Shown piece after piece: positions 50,520 to 60,168 of a stretch of DNA of 64,000 bases. The stretch's first letter is position 1; each line of letters begins with the position of its first letter. A model generated the notes under the pieces. The model had not been told where the DNA came from. It saw nothing but the letters and a program-made list of their open reading frames with translations, and did no database searches. The position numbers were made by a program, and so were the translations under genes. Source of the stretch: a virus; IMG/VR virus record IMGVR_UViG_3300034107_000314, positions 32,001 through 96,000 of that record; one strand, 5' to 3'.

Positions 50520-51428
50520 TTATTTGCAGAATCTGCCGTTTGAATCACGCTTGTTATGATAAGGACACTCGTCATCAGAGCAATTGCCTAGCTCTTCATC
50601 AAGTCTTTCACATTCATCAGGGTCGTCACAATCGCAGTTTGGAAATCCGCAATCATCATCGTCCTCGTCCTCGTCGTCCTCATCATTATTATACTGCGAA
50701 GAGTAGTCGTTGGCAAGTGGTTTTTCAAATTCTCCCACAACTTTATACTTCGCCGTCCTGAGCTTTTGATTCTGGCAGTCATGAGGAACGCTCACAACGT
50801 CCGATGGGTCAACCTCAACGACCACTAGGCGATTAGCCCCCTGATTGAACTCTGTGGCGTAGGCCAGCGTGCCAACGTGAAAGCCATAGCTACAACCAAG
50901 ATCGGGGTCATCACATACATCATTGCGGGCCATTGTATGCTCACTACCAATCGTATTCAAGAACTTATTACTGTACCAGTCCTTGTAGTCTTCACGAACT
51001 GATTTATAAGCCAAGAAATTACCAGTTGGAGTCAGTGGCATTTGCCCATGCTCAAGAAACTTATAAAGTTCCTGCACTGCTCTGCGAGAAGGATTTTGTA
51101 ATACCTTGCTCAAGAAGTTTAGCAGTGGCTTAACAGGAAGTTTAGCCTTCATAAATTCCAAGATCTTAACGGTCAAGTAATTATCAATGTAATTACCATT
51201 GTACTTAACTCCAATATCATCAACTTCAATTCCCGAAGATGATGTATATACTTCAACAGCTTTCTTAACACTGAGAAGTTCTTCAAGACCTTCATAGTCT
51301 TCAGCGTCCAGCTTATCCAAAACCGTTTGCCAGTTTGGATGGGACGAATCAATATTATAGACCTTAGCAGAGTCGAGAAAGCTAACGGTCAGTGAATTTT
51401 CTGTTCCAATAAAAGCGACATTACTCAT
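50520..51428 (-). CDS. rIIB: rIIB-like protein
   Basis: NPSRRAVQELYKFL, FLAYK, CSYGFH, DVVSVP. Confidence 0.85.
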   Translation of the reverse strand: MSNVAFIGTENSLTVSFLDSAKVYNIDSSHPNWQTVLDKLDAEDYEGLEELLSVKKAVEVYTSSSGIEVDDIGVKYNGNYIDNYLTVKILEFMKAKLPVKPLLNFLSKVLQNPSRRAVQELYKFLEHGQMPLTPTGNFLAYKSVREDYKDWYSNKFLNTIGSEHTMARNDVCDDPDLGCSYGFHVGTLAYATEFNQGANRLVVVEVDPSDVVSVPHDCQNQKLRTAKYKVVGEFEKPLANDYSSQYNNDEDDEDEDDDDCGFPNCDCDDPDECERLDEELGNCSDDECPYHNKRDSNGRFCK

Positions 51429-53494
51429 ACTTCACCATCCTTTTGAATTGTTGTAGAAACCAGATCAACGTATTGGGCCACTTGTTTAATTATACCATCG
51501 AAATCTCTGTTGTCAATCAAAACTTTCAGCAGAGGGTACTTTTCCTTGATTTTGTTCTGAGCTTCGTAGTGCTTTGCATCTCGCTTAGCGACCTCGTCGG
51601 AAATCTCCTTGTATAGCGATGAATCGTGACGACGAATAATATTCGTGATTGCTTCGTAATATCCTACTTTAGTGTAGTCAAGGGAGAAACCACTATATTC
51701 TTTCATGTAATCATCAATAAGAGTCTCGGATTCAGTCTCATCATGGATTTTCGCAAGTGCTTGCCATTGAGTGTCAGATTTAACATTGTCCTCTGACAAC
51801 ATGCGAATGATTTCATCTTTATTTGTCTTTACCTCATTGACAAGATAATCTAAGAAATTAACAAAGTTACGTTCGTTAATCTTTAAACTATTGAATTGAT
51901 TATCAGTAAAAATATACACTGTCTTATCTCCAATTACTTTTGGGTTATTTATGCTATGAGTCTCTAGTCTATAGTATTGGCTATCTGTTAGATAGAATCC
52001 TTCTTTAGTATCCTTGCTGAGCTTAGCACCTTTTCTATCTGCACCATTGATAGTATAGTTCATAGCGGTGCAGTTATTACCTGTACTACTGCGAACTACA
52101 GCAGAATCCTTATTAAAGGTCAGCTTTGAAGCGAAAAGAAAATCTGATTCCTCAAAGCCATATACATTAATGAGAATATCTTTATCTGCAACATCAATTA
52201 CAAAGATTGTCGATATTGTCATATCATCTGAAATGCTTGCTTTTTGTAGCTCCTTCATCTTAAGGTTAAAATTAGTATTTTTATCCTTAATTACGATAAC
52301 TGTACCTTCGGTAACTCTATGGTTTCCATGAGAACCAATTTTAATCATTTCAATTTTATCACGCCATCGATCATATCTGCAATACATTGCATCTTTTGAT
52401 AGTATCTCTTGATGAACAAGTGCAAAATATGAAATATCGTCATAGCTTGAAGGATATAAACCTCCCACTAGATCTTTTACAAATCTACGGGTTAGTCCGC
52501 TATCATTCACAACTTTAAAGATTGATTTGAATTTCTCAAACTTAGATTGTGATACGTTACTTTCAGCATTCTTGACTGACAAAGCGACCTCTTCAATAAG
52601 TTCGTCTTTAACCTTTTGGATAAATCCGTTAGTCTTAGATCTATACTCAAGAGATTCGCGAGAAGGAGTGATATCAACATCGCCAATGTTAGCATTGATG
52701 ACTACAGTTTTATTGCCAATGAATGTATGCTTAAAGATCTCGCTTTCACATGGGTAAAGCACTTGGCCCATACGAACAAAAACAGTACAAGAATAGTCAG
52801 ATGTATGCTCGTACTTGTCAAATCCATCAGCTTTACCAAACAGTACAATCCTTTGATCTTTCTTGCCTTCCATCAAGTTTTTAATATTAAAGCTGTTGTT
52901 AATCTTTGGAGTGATATCAAACCAGCTCAGTACTCTAGTTACAGCTTTATTAAAGCTAGTACGATCTTCATGCTTAACTGCAAAGCTAACCTTTACACCT
53001 TTATCTTCAGTTGGACTATTTGCAAGTAAAGAAACAGAGGGTTCGCCGTTTTCATTTTCAAAACACAAGTATACGTACTTATGTCCGTTGTAGTTATTCT
53101 CTACGGTAAATTGCTTTGTGTACGCAAATGGGCTTTTTGAACCAAGACCAAAGCAACCGACCTGAGTGTCCGAAGTTGTCTTGGTTGAATAGAAATATGT
53201 GGTGTAAATCTTTTCAAATTCTTCGGGGTCGATACCCTTGCCATGATCGCGTACAGAGAACGAATGGTCAATAAAGTCTGGGAAGTGGACTTCGATTGGA
53301 ACATCGCCAATACCGGCATTTACGTGAGCATCTGAGGCATTTGTGCAAAGCTCCCGCACGATAGCCTGATATTGATCGCTATACAACTTAGATGAGAGAA
53401 TATTGAAAGCCTTAGAGCTGGTTTCAATCTTGAACGTGGATTCTTGAAACCCATTTGAGCGAACGACTTTTCTTTTTTCATCTGCAATAATCAT
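51425..53494 (-). CDS. rIIA: rIIA-like protein (GHKL ATPase N-terminus)
   Basis: LYS..AIVRELCTNASDAH, RDHGKG, STK, GCFGLGSKSPFAY. Confidence 0.88.
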   Translation of the reverse strand: MIIADEKRKVVRSNGFQESTFKIETSSKAFNILSSKLYSDQYQAIVRELCTNASDAHVNAGIGDVPIEVHFPDFIDHSFSVRDHGKGIDPEEFEKIYTTYFYSTKTTSDTQVGCFGLGSKSPFAYTKQFTVENNYNGHKYVYLCFENENGEPSVSLLANSPTEDKGVKVSFAVKHEDRTSFNKAVTRVLSWFDITPKINNSFNIKNLMEGKKDQRIVLFGKADGFDKYEHTSDYSCTVFVRMGQVLYPCESEIFKHTFIGNKTVVINANIGDVDITPSRESLEYRSKTNGFIQKVKDELIEEVALSVKNAESNVSQSKFEKFKSIFKVVNDSGLTRRFVKDLVGGLYPSSYDDISYFALVHQEILSKDAMYCRYDRWRDKIEMIKIGSHGNHRVTEGTVIVIKDKNTNFNLKMKELQKASISDDMTISTIFVIDVADKDILINVYGFEESDFLFASKLTFNKDSAVVRSSTGNNCTAMNYTINGADRKGAKLSKDTKEGFYLTDSQYYRLETHSINNPKVIGDKTVYIFTDNQFNSLKINERNFVNFLDYLVNEVKTNKDEIIRMLSEDNVKSDTQWQALAKIHDETESETLIDDYMKEYSGFSLDYTKVGYYEAITNIIRRHDSSLYKEISDEVAKRDAKHYEAQNKIKEKYPLLKVLIDNRDFDGIIKQVAQYVDLVSTTIQKDGEV

Positions 53495-53538
53495 CTCTGT
53501 CTCCTTGTTAGGTCCAATCTGACGTTTCTTGTACCACT

Positions 53539-53566
53539 ATTCTAACATGAGAATCGGCCCTGTCAA
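53539..53566 (-). promoter_or_regulatory. sigma70-type promoter for rIIA
   Basis: TTGACA-16-TAGAAT with extended TG. Confidence 0.75.
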
Positions 53567-53841
53567 GGGTCTCTTCGCTTTTTTCTCATTTTGTCAATTC
53601 TTTTCATCACCGGATCGTCGTTGAAGTAGATATCGTCGTCGCTATCAGAGAACCCGGTCTCGTTCACAATCCAAACTGCACCCTTAGCATCAATCCTTAA
53701 TCTCAGCCAAACTTTAAGACATGCATCAAGTTCATTCTTTGCATCTACAATCTCTTGATAATCTTTAATAAGGCTGAGTGCATTAGTTGTTCCTTTTGGA
53801 ATTGGTAGCTTTTCAGTTACTCTGACATAATATTTGGCCAT
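53563..53841 (-). CDS. hypothetical protein
   Basis: Start MAKYYV at 53841 with SD GAGG. Confidence 0.6.
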   Translation of the reverse strand: MAKYYVRVTEKLPIPKGTTNALSLIKDYQEIVDAKNELDACLKVWLRLRIDAKGAVWIVNETGFSDSDDDIYFNDDPVMKRIDKMRKKRRDP

Positions 53842-53842
53842 A

Positions 53843-54493
53843 TTAAACCTCAAAAATAGCGTTAGAGATAATTGGGAATTCATTAATAAAGATTTTTTTG
53901 ATTTCTTCAGCAATCAAGCGATGTTCTTTTTGCGTATCTTCTTTTGTTCTAAGTTGAAGATAATGAATCCAGCTACGAATATTACCTTTCATATATAGAG
54001 TTGTTTGAACATTCAAAGGAAGTACCATTCTCGCACATTCTCTAGCAGTGCCAGCATTAATTAATCTATCGTACAATGATTTGCTATATTCAATATGTTC
54101 TTGAATTAAATCATTTGCTAATCCATCTTCAAGTTCTGGATTAATAATTTCATCGCCGACTTGACGATTAGTTTTACCTTGCGCTCTAAGTTCTATATTT
54201 TCAAAATCTTGTATTTCTGCATACCTTTGCGAGAATTCTTGAAATGAAAAAGTTTTATGACGAAGAATTTGAGCGGCAATAGCCCGACTTGTCTTGATTT
54301 CTACCGTCATGTCAGCTTGTTCAAAAATGCTCCAATGTCCATGTTTAATACAATACTTAAGAAGTTTATCTCCTGTGTCAACATTGAGTTGGTTATTTGG
54401 ATTACTAACTCTTGCACAATATACAATAATATCTTCTGCTTTATTTAAGCCTTCAATATTTGGCTTGGTTGTTGATACTAATTTGACTTTCAT
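53843..54493 (-). CDS. thyX: flavin-dependent thymidylate synthase
   Basis: HWSIFE, QILRHKTFSFQEFSQRY, ECARMVLP, QKEH. Confidence 0.95.
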   Translation of the reverse strand: MKVKLVSTTKPNIEGLNKAEDIIVYCARVSNPNNQLNVDTGDKLLKYCIKHGHWSIFEQADMTVEIKTSRAIAAQILRHKTFSFQEFSQRYAEIQDFENIELRAQGKTNRQVGDEIINPELEDGLANDLIQEHIEYSKSLYDRLINAGTARECARMVLPLNVQTTLYMKGNIRSWIHYLQLRTKEDTQKEHRLIAEEIKKIFINEFPIISNAIFEV

Positions 54494-55125
54494 TTAATCA
54501 TTCCTTCGTTTATCTTGTATGTCATTGTTTCTTTGTCAAAAATTATTATTCCACGCTGCACTAGATCGTATGAAACTTTTTCTAAATTGCAATGTAGATC
54601 TCTATGCATTTTAGAACTATTACAAATTGCTAAATTATCAATGTTGTTATTTAATTTATCGCCATCTATATGATGGATAGATTCTCCACCGCCATTCCAT
54701 TGCGTTTTTAATTCTCTTCCGATAGTTTCTTCAACTATTAAAATATGCTCTTTTTTATATTTTTGACGACCAGATGCAGTGAATTCGCCTTCACATTTTA
54801 TCATTTTGTATCCATCAGAAGATATATATTCTCCACCATTCCATCTACTGCTATTTTCTCTTGAAAACTGAGGTTTTTTAACTCCCTTTTGAGCAATTTT
54901 TGAATGGCAGTTAAGACAATAGTTACTTTTTCGTCTTTTATATGAATGATAATCCACTTCTTTTGTTATTCCACATCCTTCGCACGTAGAATTAATTTTC
55001 TTTCTTATTTGTGGGATTGCACTTGCACATGCTTTACAATTAAATCTTTTTCCATCCTTTTGGTGTTTGTCGTTATGGAAGTCATCTATATTTTTTTGAA
55101 TTCCACATTTAGTACAAGTCTTCAT
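54490..55125 (-). CDS. HNH homing endonuclease
   Basis: CTKC zinc fingers; IHHIDGDKLNNNIDNL; SD AGGAG before ATG 55125. Confidence 0.88.
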   Translation of the reverse strand: MKTCTKCGIQKNIDDFHNDKHQKDGKRFNCKACASAIPQIRKKINSTCEGCGITKEVDYHSYKRRKSNYCLNCHSKIAQKGVKKPQFSRENSSRWNGGEYISSDGYKMIKCEGEFTASGRQKYKKEHILIVEETIGRELKTQWNGGGESIHHIDGDKLNNNIDNLAICNSSKMHRDLHCNLEKVSYDLVQRGIIIFDKETMTYKINEGMIK

Positions 55126-55170
55126 GATTTTGCTTCTCCTGTGCATTAAAGGTTAAATGTATACCTATTA

Positions 55171-55181
55171 TAATATACACA
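55171..55181 (-). promoter_or_regulatory. putative late promoter TGTGTATATTA
   Basis: Motif upstream of an HNH gene. Confidence 0.6.
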
Positions 55182-55218
55182 GGGATTTAAAAAAGCTATT
55201 AAAACTCTACTTTATTGC

Positions 55219-55434
55219 TCATCGAGATCCTCTTTCTAATTTTTCTATTCTATCTCTATCATCTAAAATGTCAAGTTTTAAAGATTGTGATTTTACCAAT
55301 GTCATAATCATAAGAAAACTTGTAGAATTTATTCCAAAATTACGTTCTATAACGATATAGACGATTGAATATAACATAATCTCTATAGATACACAGGCTA
55401 TAGATCCGATAAATCTTATATTACGATCACTCAT
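55219..55434 (-). CDS. small membrane protein
   Basis: Hydrophobic segments. Confidence 0.55.
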   Translation of the reverse strand: MSDRNIRFIGSIACVSIEIMLYSIVYIVIERNFGINSTSFLMIMTLVKSQSLKLDILDDRDRIEKLERGSR

Positions 55435-55747
55435 ATATATGCCCCGTTACTTTAATTGTGTGTTTAATTATATGATCTAACATACAGAACTCATCTTTTC
55501 CAAATACGTATACCGCATTAACGTCGCAGTATTTAACTTCTTGTTTTTTATAGCTATCAATTTCACCTTTGTTAGATGATACGCATACGTCAAAATCAAC
55601 TAGATCGCCTTCATATATTTCTATGCCATCGCAGTCTTTCATTCCTGTCCATTGCTCAGTTGGCCACCCTTCGTACATATAAAGGTCTTCTACGTAATGA
55701 ACCTCTTCATAGTTATTAACCCAGACTCTAAATTTAAGTTGTCTCAA
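55427..55747 (-). CDS. YopX-family protein
   Basis: LKFRVW...QWTGMKD..G.EIYEGD...V.GHIYE. Confidence 0.85.
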   Translation of the reverse strand: MRQLKFRVWVNNYEEVHYVEDLYMYEGWPTEQWTGMKDCDGIEIYEGDLVDFDVCVSSNKGEIDSYKKQEVKYCDVNAVYVFGKDEFCMLDHIIKHTIKVTGHIYE

Positions 55748-55994
55748 TGTAATCCTCGCAAGAAATATAATATGTATTTGTTCCGACAGTTATATTTAAT
55801 TTTGGAAAATAACTATCTCCGTATTCCTGTCTAATTCTTTCATTTTCCTTCATTGATGGATATTCGCCCTTCTCATCTCTCCACATGGGAAATGGTTGCA
55901 ATCCATAGCAATCCCTTTGCTTCCAGAAGCATTTGCTATTTTGACATTCGCTAGTCCATTTACATTGATAATAATCAAGATTAGCTTGACTCAT
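55734..55994 (-). CDS. Cys-containing hypothetical protein
   Basis: 86 aa coupled ORF. Confidence 0.55.
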   Translation of the reverse strand: MSQANLDYYQCKWTSECQNSKCFWKQRDCYGLQPFPMWRDEKGEYPSMKENERIRQEYGDSYFPKLNITVGTNTYYISCEDYIETT

Positions 55995-56157
55995 CGGGAT
56001 CTATCCTCCAAATTTTTCCATGTTCATCTGTACAAATTATATCCAATGAAAAGCACATTCTACAAAAAGGAATCTGCTTACGTTCAAACAGCTCCTTTGA
56101 TATTTTATTCTCTCTGCCACATTTATTACATTTGTAATTAAGTTGTCTGCTTTCCAT
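55981..56157 (-). CDS. 58-aa zinc-ribbon protein (below the ORF-track cutoff)
   Basis: Translated by hand: MESRQLNYKCNKCGRE...FCRMC...; fills the gap between neighbouring genes. Confidence 0.65.
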   Translation of the reverse strand: MESRQLNYKCNKCGRENKISKELFERKQIPFCRMCFSLDIICTDEHGKIWRIDPDESS

Positions 56158-57049
56158 TTTTTAATATCTCATAGATAGCCCAGTCTTTCATCTTTAATTC
56201 TGTATCCCAATAAACATCTTTACCATATGAATTAGGAAGCTCAGTTGCATAGTCTGCGTGCTTACGAGTGCCATCTATACCTTCTGAGTAATGAAATAAT
56301 GGAGTCGTATTCCAAGTGGAGTATGCTAGTTCGAACGCTTCTTGCTCTTGTAATCCTCCAGATAACATTCTATAGTGGAGAATGTCAAATGTAACAGGAA
56401 TACCATAACGCAAGTGAAAAATATCATAGAGTCTTTTGATTGACCAAACACCTTTAGCATTATCATTATTCTCCAATACAAGTCGATTACGAACGCCCTT
56501 GGATAAGCGAGCAAAGTTAGACATAAATCGTGATGATATAACTTCTGGGTCTCCATCTTGTCGGCAGTGGATGTTTAAAGGAGACCTGTAATCATTAGGA
56601 AGTTTTAGTAAGTCAAAAATCATAGAGTGTAACTCAAGATCAAGAATGCTGTTATTAACAACACGATCTTCTAAACTAGTTAGTGAGATATACTCAGATG
56701 GGTGAGCTGAGATTCTTATATTGCTATTGGCAATAGTATTGGCAGTCTTGTCAATCTCATCGAATACTTCATCTACGTTTGGTAGGTCTGTGATAGACAA
56801 CATCATATCGGGGTGATTTAGCAAAGGAGTAATAGATGAGGATAATCTATACCCTGCAATACCTGTAGCGATACAATGCTTGATGGTTTTATGAGTGACC
56901 TTGAAATTATTAAGTATGCGACTGGAAAGGATCTGCATAGCTTCAGCCTTGGGCAATGCTGAGAATCTAGCATAAGTCATTGTCTGGAATTTAATGCCAC
57001 GTTCGGCCAGTTCATTTGAGATACAACAGAGTGCGAGTTTCAAGATCAA
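56138..57049 (-). CDS. uvsE: UV damage endonuclease (UvdE/UVDE)
   Basis: YRLSS, SAHP, NIH, LVLENND, FDILH, PLFHYSE, HAD, ELKMKD. Confidence 0.92.
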   Translation of the reverse strand: MILKLALCCISNELAERGIKFQTMTYARFSALPKAEAMQILSSRILNNFKVTHKTIKHCIATGIAGYRLSSSITPLLNHPDMMLSITDLPNVDEVFDEIDKTANTIANSNIRISAHPSEYISLTSLEDRVVNNSILDLELHSMIFDLLKLPNDYRSPLNIHCRQDGDPEVISSRFMSNFARLSKGVRNRLVLENNDNAKGVWSIKRLYDIFHLRYGIPVTFDILHYRMLSGGLQEQEAFELAYSTWNTTPLFHYSEGIDGTRKHADYATELPNSYGKDVYWDTELKMKDWAIYEILKNGKQTT

Positions 57050-57078
57050 TCTCCTTAGTAGTGGTTGGTTACACTATT

Positions 57079-57106
57079 ATTATACCATCGTCGGGCCAAG
57101 TGTCAA
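57079..57106 (-). promoter_or_regulatory. sigma70-type promoter for uvsE
   Basis: TTGACA-16-TATAAT with extended TG. Confidence 0.8.
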
Positions 57107-57109
57107 CAC

Positions 57110-57134
57110 AAAAAATCCCGCTTTCGCGGGATTC
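57110..57134 (-). terminator. rho-independent terminator
   Basis: AATCCCGC-gaaa-GCGGGATT followed by T-run. Confidence 0.85.
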
Positions 57135-57136
57135 TC

Positions 57137-57439
57137 TCAGTGATTATTTTCAATTTCTCGGTACTCTTCTTTCAGGTCGTTCATCAGATCGTTAATCTTA
57201 GAACTGACTGAGGCTGCGAGCGGAAGTTTATCGGTATAACCCTTGACTTCGCCCAAAAGATCAATCCTCTTTTTATATCGAAGAAGATATTTATCTTTCC
57301 AAAGTTCAAGTTCTTCTTGCAGCTTGTTATCTAACTCATCGCCATTCTCAACTAAAAAGATAACATGTAATACCATGTCTCTATATTTTTTACTAACTAA
57401 ACATTTGAATATGAATTTAAGAATTTTTAATATTGCCAT
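57137..57439 (-). CDS. hypothetical protein
   Basis: 100 aa coupled ORF. Confidence 0.6.
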   Translation of the reverse strand: MAILKILKFIFKCLVSKKYRDMVLHVIFLVENGDELDNKLQEELELWKDKYLLRYKKRIDLLGEVKGYTDKLPLAASVSSKINDLMNDLKEEYREIENNH

Positions 57440-57848
57440 TTGCGTTCACCTTCTTATCTTTATAAATTTGTGCGTCGATTAGTACGTTTGGATTATACGC
57501 AGACCAATTGAATAAATGGCCAAATATAAAGTGACATTTATTGTGTTCACATAGAGTAATTAAATTAGAAGGTACTAATTCTTTAGTGGGATCTACGTGA
57601 AATGGAACTATATGATGAACACTAAGATCTTCTTTAGTTCCACATACCTGACAGGTCGATTGTTCTTTCAAGTGTTGGGTGCGAACTTTATTCCATTGAG
57701 GAGATCTCTGTCCAGCATTTGCACCAAAAAGTCCTAAGTGGTCGTCTATTGATTTAGAGAACTTCAATGCACTGTCGCATAGCTGCCTAAAACTCTCATC
57801 TGATAAATATCTCAGAATAAACTGGATAAGTTTTTTAATCGTTATCAT
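57417..57848 (-). CDS. small HNH endonuclease
   Basis: CQVCG...HHIVP...NLITLC...CH. Confidence 0.85.
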   Translation of the reverse strand: MITIKKLIQFILRYLSDESFRQLCDSALKFSKSIDDHLGLFGANAGQRSPQWNKVRTQHLKEQSTCQVCGTKEDLSVHHIVPFHVDPTKELVPSNLITLCEHNKCHFIFGHLFNWSAYNPNVLIDAQIYKDKKVNANGNIKNS

Positions 57849-57891
57849 TGATATCTCCATCTAATAGGAATTTAATTAACAAACCTACTAG

Positions 57892-57902
57892 TAATATACA
57901 CA
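57892..57902 (-). promoter_or_regulatory. putative late promoter TGTGTATATTA
   Basis: Motif upstream of an HNH gene. Confidence 0.6.
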
Positions 57903-57950
57903 CTATAGACCACCCAAGCATTTCAACTGCTAATCGAATGCAATCAAACA

Positions 57951-58106
57951 TCACTTAATCCTTTTTAAGCAGTATACATAAGATATGGTTAATGCTATAG
58001 CACATCCAAAATATCCAGTCATTCTGTATTCTTGATCTAGTGCATTTACAATTAGGAGAGAATTGACCACTAGATATTCGAATGTTAAAATAGCTTTATT
58101 ACTCAT
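57951..58106 (-). CDS. 51-aa hydrophobic protein (below the ORF-track cutoff)
   Basis: Translated by hand (MSNKAILTFEYLVV...); ATGA-coupled. Confidence 0.5.
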   Translation of the reverse strand: MSNKAILTFEYLVVNSLLIVNALDQEYRMTGYFGCAIALTISYVYCLKRIK

Positions 58107-58480
58107 ACATTTACCTTTAATAGTTTGTGAGGTTGTCGATTAACTACGTCTACCTTTTTAGCTTCGCCCATATAAACAAAACGTCTGCCACCAAAGTCCA
58201 GCTTTCTTCCTCTGGGGCTATACTCATAAGCGTAGAACCCATCTTTATTCATTTCATCCACCTTGTAATATCCGTAACTACCTTGGAAGATCTTCCCATT
58301 GGGAGAATCAAAGTATGGGCCATGCCCTTGGATAGACCTGACAACATCACCCTTTTGTAATTCTTGCCAATCCTCAACTTCAAGATGGTGTTTTTTAGGA
58401 TCTGCAACTTTAGGCTTGCGACCTTTGTTCGCTTCAACTTTTCTAACCGCTTCCAAGATACTGGAAATGTTATAATCCAT
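58103..58480 (-). CDS. hypothetical protein
   Basis: SD AGGAG; 125 aa. Confidence 0.65.
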   Translation of the reverse strand: MDYNISSILEAVRKVEANKGRKPKVADPKKHHLEVEDWQELQKGDVVRSIQGHGPYFDSPNGKIFQGSYGYYKVDEMNKDGFYAYEYSPRGRKLDFGGRRFVYMGEAKKVDVVNRQPHKLLKVNV

Positions 58481-58514
58481 ACTTCGCTCCTGTAGAGTTC
58501 AAGATTCCAAATTG

Positions 58515-58665
58515 AAAAAGCTATGACTGATGCCATAGCTCCATTATACAACGTGTAATTCATTTTGTCAAGTTCTTTGTAAAATTGTGTATTATATTGT
58601 ATAGGAATGTTGCTGGTCCCACCGTTCCATGTTATCATTATAGCAGATAGCTCATTTTTTGTCAA
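58515..58665 (-). promoter_or_regulatory. tandem consensus sigma70 promoters plus terminator hairpin
   Basis: TTGACA-17-TATAAT at 58665-58637 and 58571-58543; AGCTATG/CATAGCT followed by TTTT at 58515-58540. Confidence 0.8.
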
Positions 58666-58709
58666 GGACCAGTTGGCAAATTTTGAGCTATTTTTTTTGG
58701 AATATACTA

Positions 58710-59249
58710 ATGAAAAAATGTCACATGTGCCAATTGATAAAATCTTTTGATGAATTCCATAAAGATAAAAGTAGATATGATGGTTTAAATCATAGATGTA
58801 AAGACTGTAATAAGATACATCGTGCCAATTGCTATATCAAAAATAAAGATAAAGAATCTAAAAAGGTAAAAGAGTATAATCAAAAACCTGAAACAAAATT
58901 ACGGAAAAATCAAATACAAAGATATAGAACAAAATTTGACATGCATTATAAAATGAGAAAAAATATATCAAGAAGGATTATACATGCAATTAAAGATAAT
59001 GCAAAATCAATATCTACTATGGAATATATTGGATGCTCTATAGAACATCTTAAAGATTATTTACAATCTAAATTTGAAAACGGAATGACGTGGGAAAATT
59101 ATGGCAAGTGGCATATCGACCATATACGTCCATGTGCATCATTTGATTTAACTGATATTGAACAACAGAAGATTTGCTTTAATTATAAAAATCTTCAGCC
59201 TCTATGGGCTGAAGATAATTTTAAAAAATCAGATAAATGGATTAATTAA
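58710..59249 (+). CDS. HNH/EndoVII-like homing endonuclease, opposite orientation
   Basis: CHMC..CKDC; MTWENYGKWHIDHIRPC; NLQPLWAEDN. Confidence 0.85.
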   Translation: MKKCHMCQLIKSFDEFHKDKSRYDGLNHRCKDCNKIHRANCYIKNKDKESKKVKEYNQKPETKLRKNQIQRYRTKFDMHYKMRKNISRRIIHAIKDNAKSISTMEYIGCSIEHLKDYLQSKFENGMTWENYGKWHIDHIRPCASFDLTDIEQQKICFNYKNLQPLWAEDNFKKSDKWIN

Positions 59250-59713
59250 TATCCATTTGCTGTGCATCCTGTCGCACATCTTGCTACACCAATCGCAGTA
59301 TTAATTCCTAATAGCATAGCATTATGCGCTGGCGAGGCTACCCAAAGATTGAAAGCCGATACAAAATCTCCTACGCCAGCCCAATTTTGACGACCAAAGA
59401 TTGAATGCGGTGCGTGTACAGCATTGTTTGTAGCTGCCATATTTGCTGCGTCCTGTGACCATCCTACAGGAGCAAGCCCGTGATTTGCTCTGTGTTGATT
59501 AACGAGAGCTAAGAATTGCCCTTCTGCACTCTCAACTGTTTGATTCGGTGTTAAAATTCTATATTGTCCAGCAAGCTCACCATTTAAAATTTTCTTACCC
59601 TGTACATTACCATACTCTACAGTATAAATATTTTCAAGTTCCCCAAGTGTTTCACCCGGAGCAGCAACTTGAGCAATAATCATACCAACTGTAAACATAA
59701 TTCCATTCACCAT
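59246..59713 (-). CDS. secreted CAP/SCP-domain protein
   Basis: LVNQHRANHGL.P; WVASPAHNAML; signal-like N-terminus. Confidence 0.82.
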   Translation of the reverse strand: MVNGIMFTVGMIIAQVAAPGETLGELENIYTVEYGNVQGKKILNGELAGQYRILTPNQTVESAEGQFLALVNQHRANHGLAPVGWSQDAANMAATNNAVHAPHSIFGRQNWAGVGDFVSAFNLWVASPAHNAMLLGINTAIGVARCATGCTANGY

Positions 59714-59726
59714 TTTATTTTCTCCA

Positions 59727-60167
59727 TTAAAAGGGGTCTGTTATATAGGTCAATCCCATAGAATATCTATTATATTTTAAAGAACGATATTTTTCAATAT
59801 CAAGTTCTCTAAAAGGGATTTCTCTCATATCTTCATTTACTCCATTAGGAGTGCCAGTTAAGCATCTACACTTGAGATACCAATTTATTACATCTTTGAG
59901 AAATAAGAATTTACCCTTACGCAATGCGGCTTTTCCTAGTCTTTTAAGTGCTTTCTTATTCAAATTAGTCTGTATTATAAAGTTAAGTTGACTAAATGAT
60001 CCAATTATTCCATATGGAGTCAACTGCTCATCTAAGCATTTTCTAACTATATAAATAGCTTCTCCCTCCTTATAGCCATTTAAATTTTTAGATTCGTAAT
60101 AAAGAAACTTATCTCTAGAGCGTTGACAATTCTTTTTCACAAATTTTAGGAATGTAGAGAACCGCAT
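59727..60167 (-). CDS. hypothetical protein
   Basis: 146 aa. Confidence 0.6.
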   Translation of the reverse strand: MRFSTFLKFVKKNCQRSRDKFLYYESKNLNGYKEGEAIYIVRKCLDEQLTPYGIIGSFSQLNFIIQTNLNKKALKRLGKAALRKGKFLFLKDVINWYLKCRCLTGTPNGVNEDMREIPFRELDIEKYRSLKYNRYSMGLTYITDPF

Positions 60168-60168
60168 T

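Noticed and set aside
58249-58665. 138-aa ORF from the track
   Set aside because: Its TTG start is the -35 box; it runs across two promoters and a terminator and overlaps a gene with a better SD.
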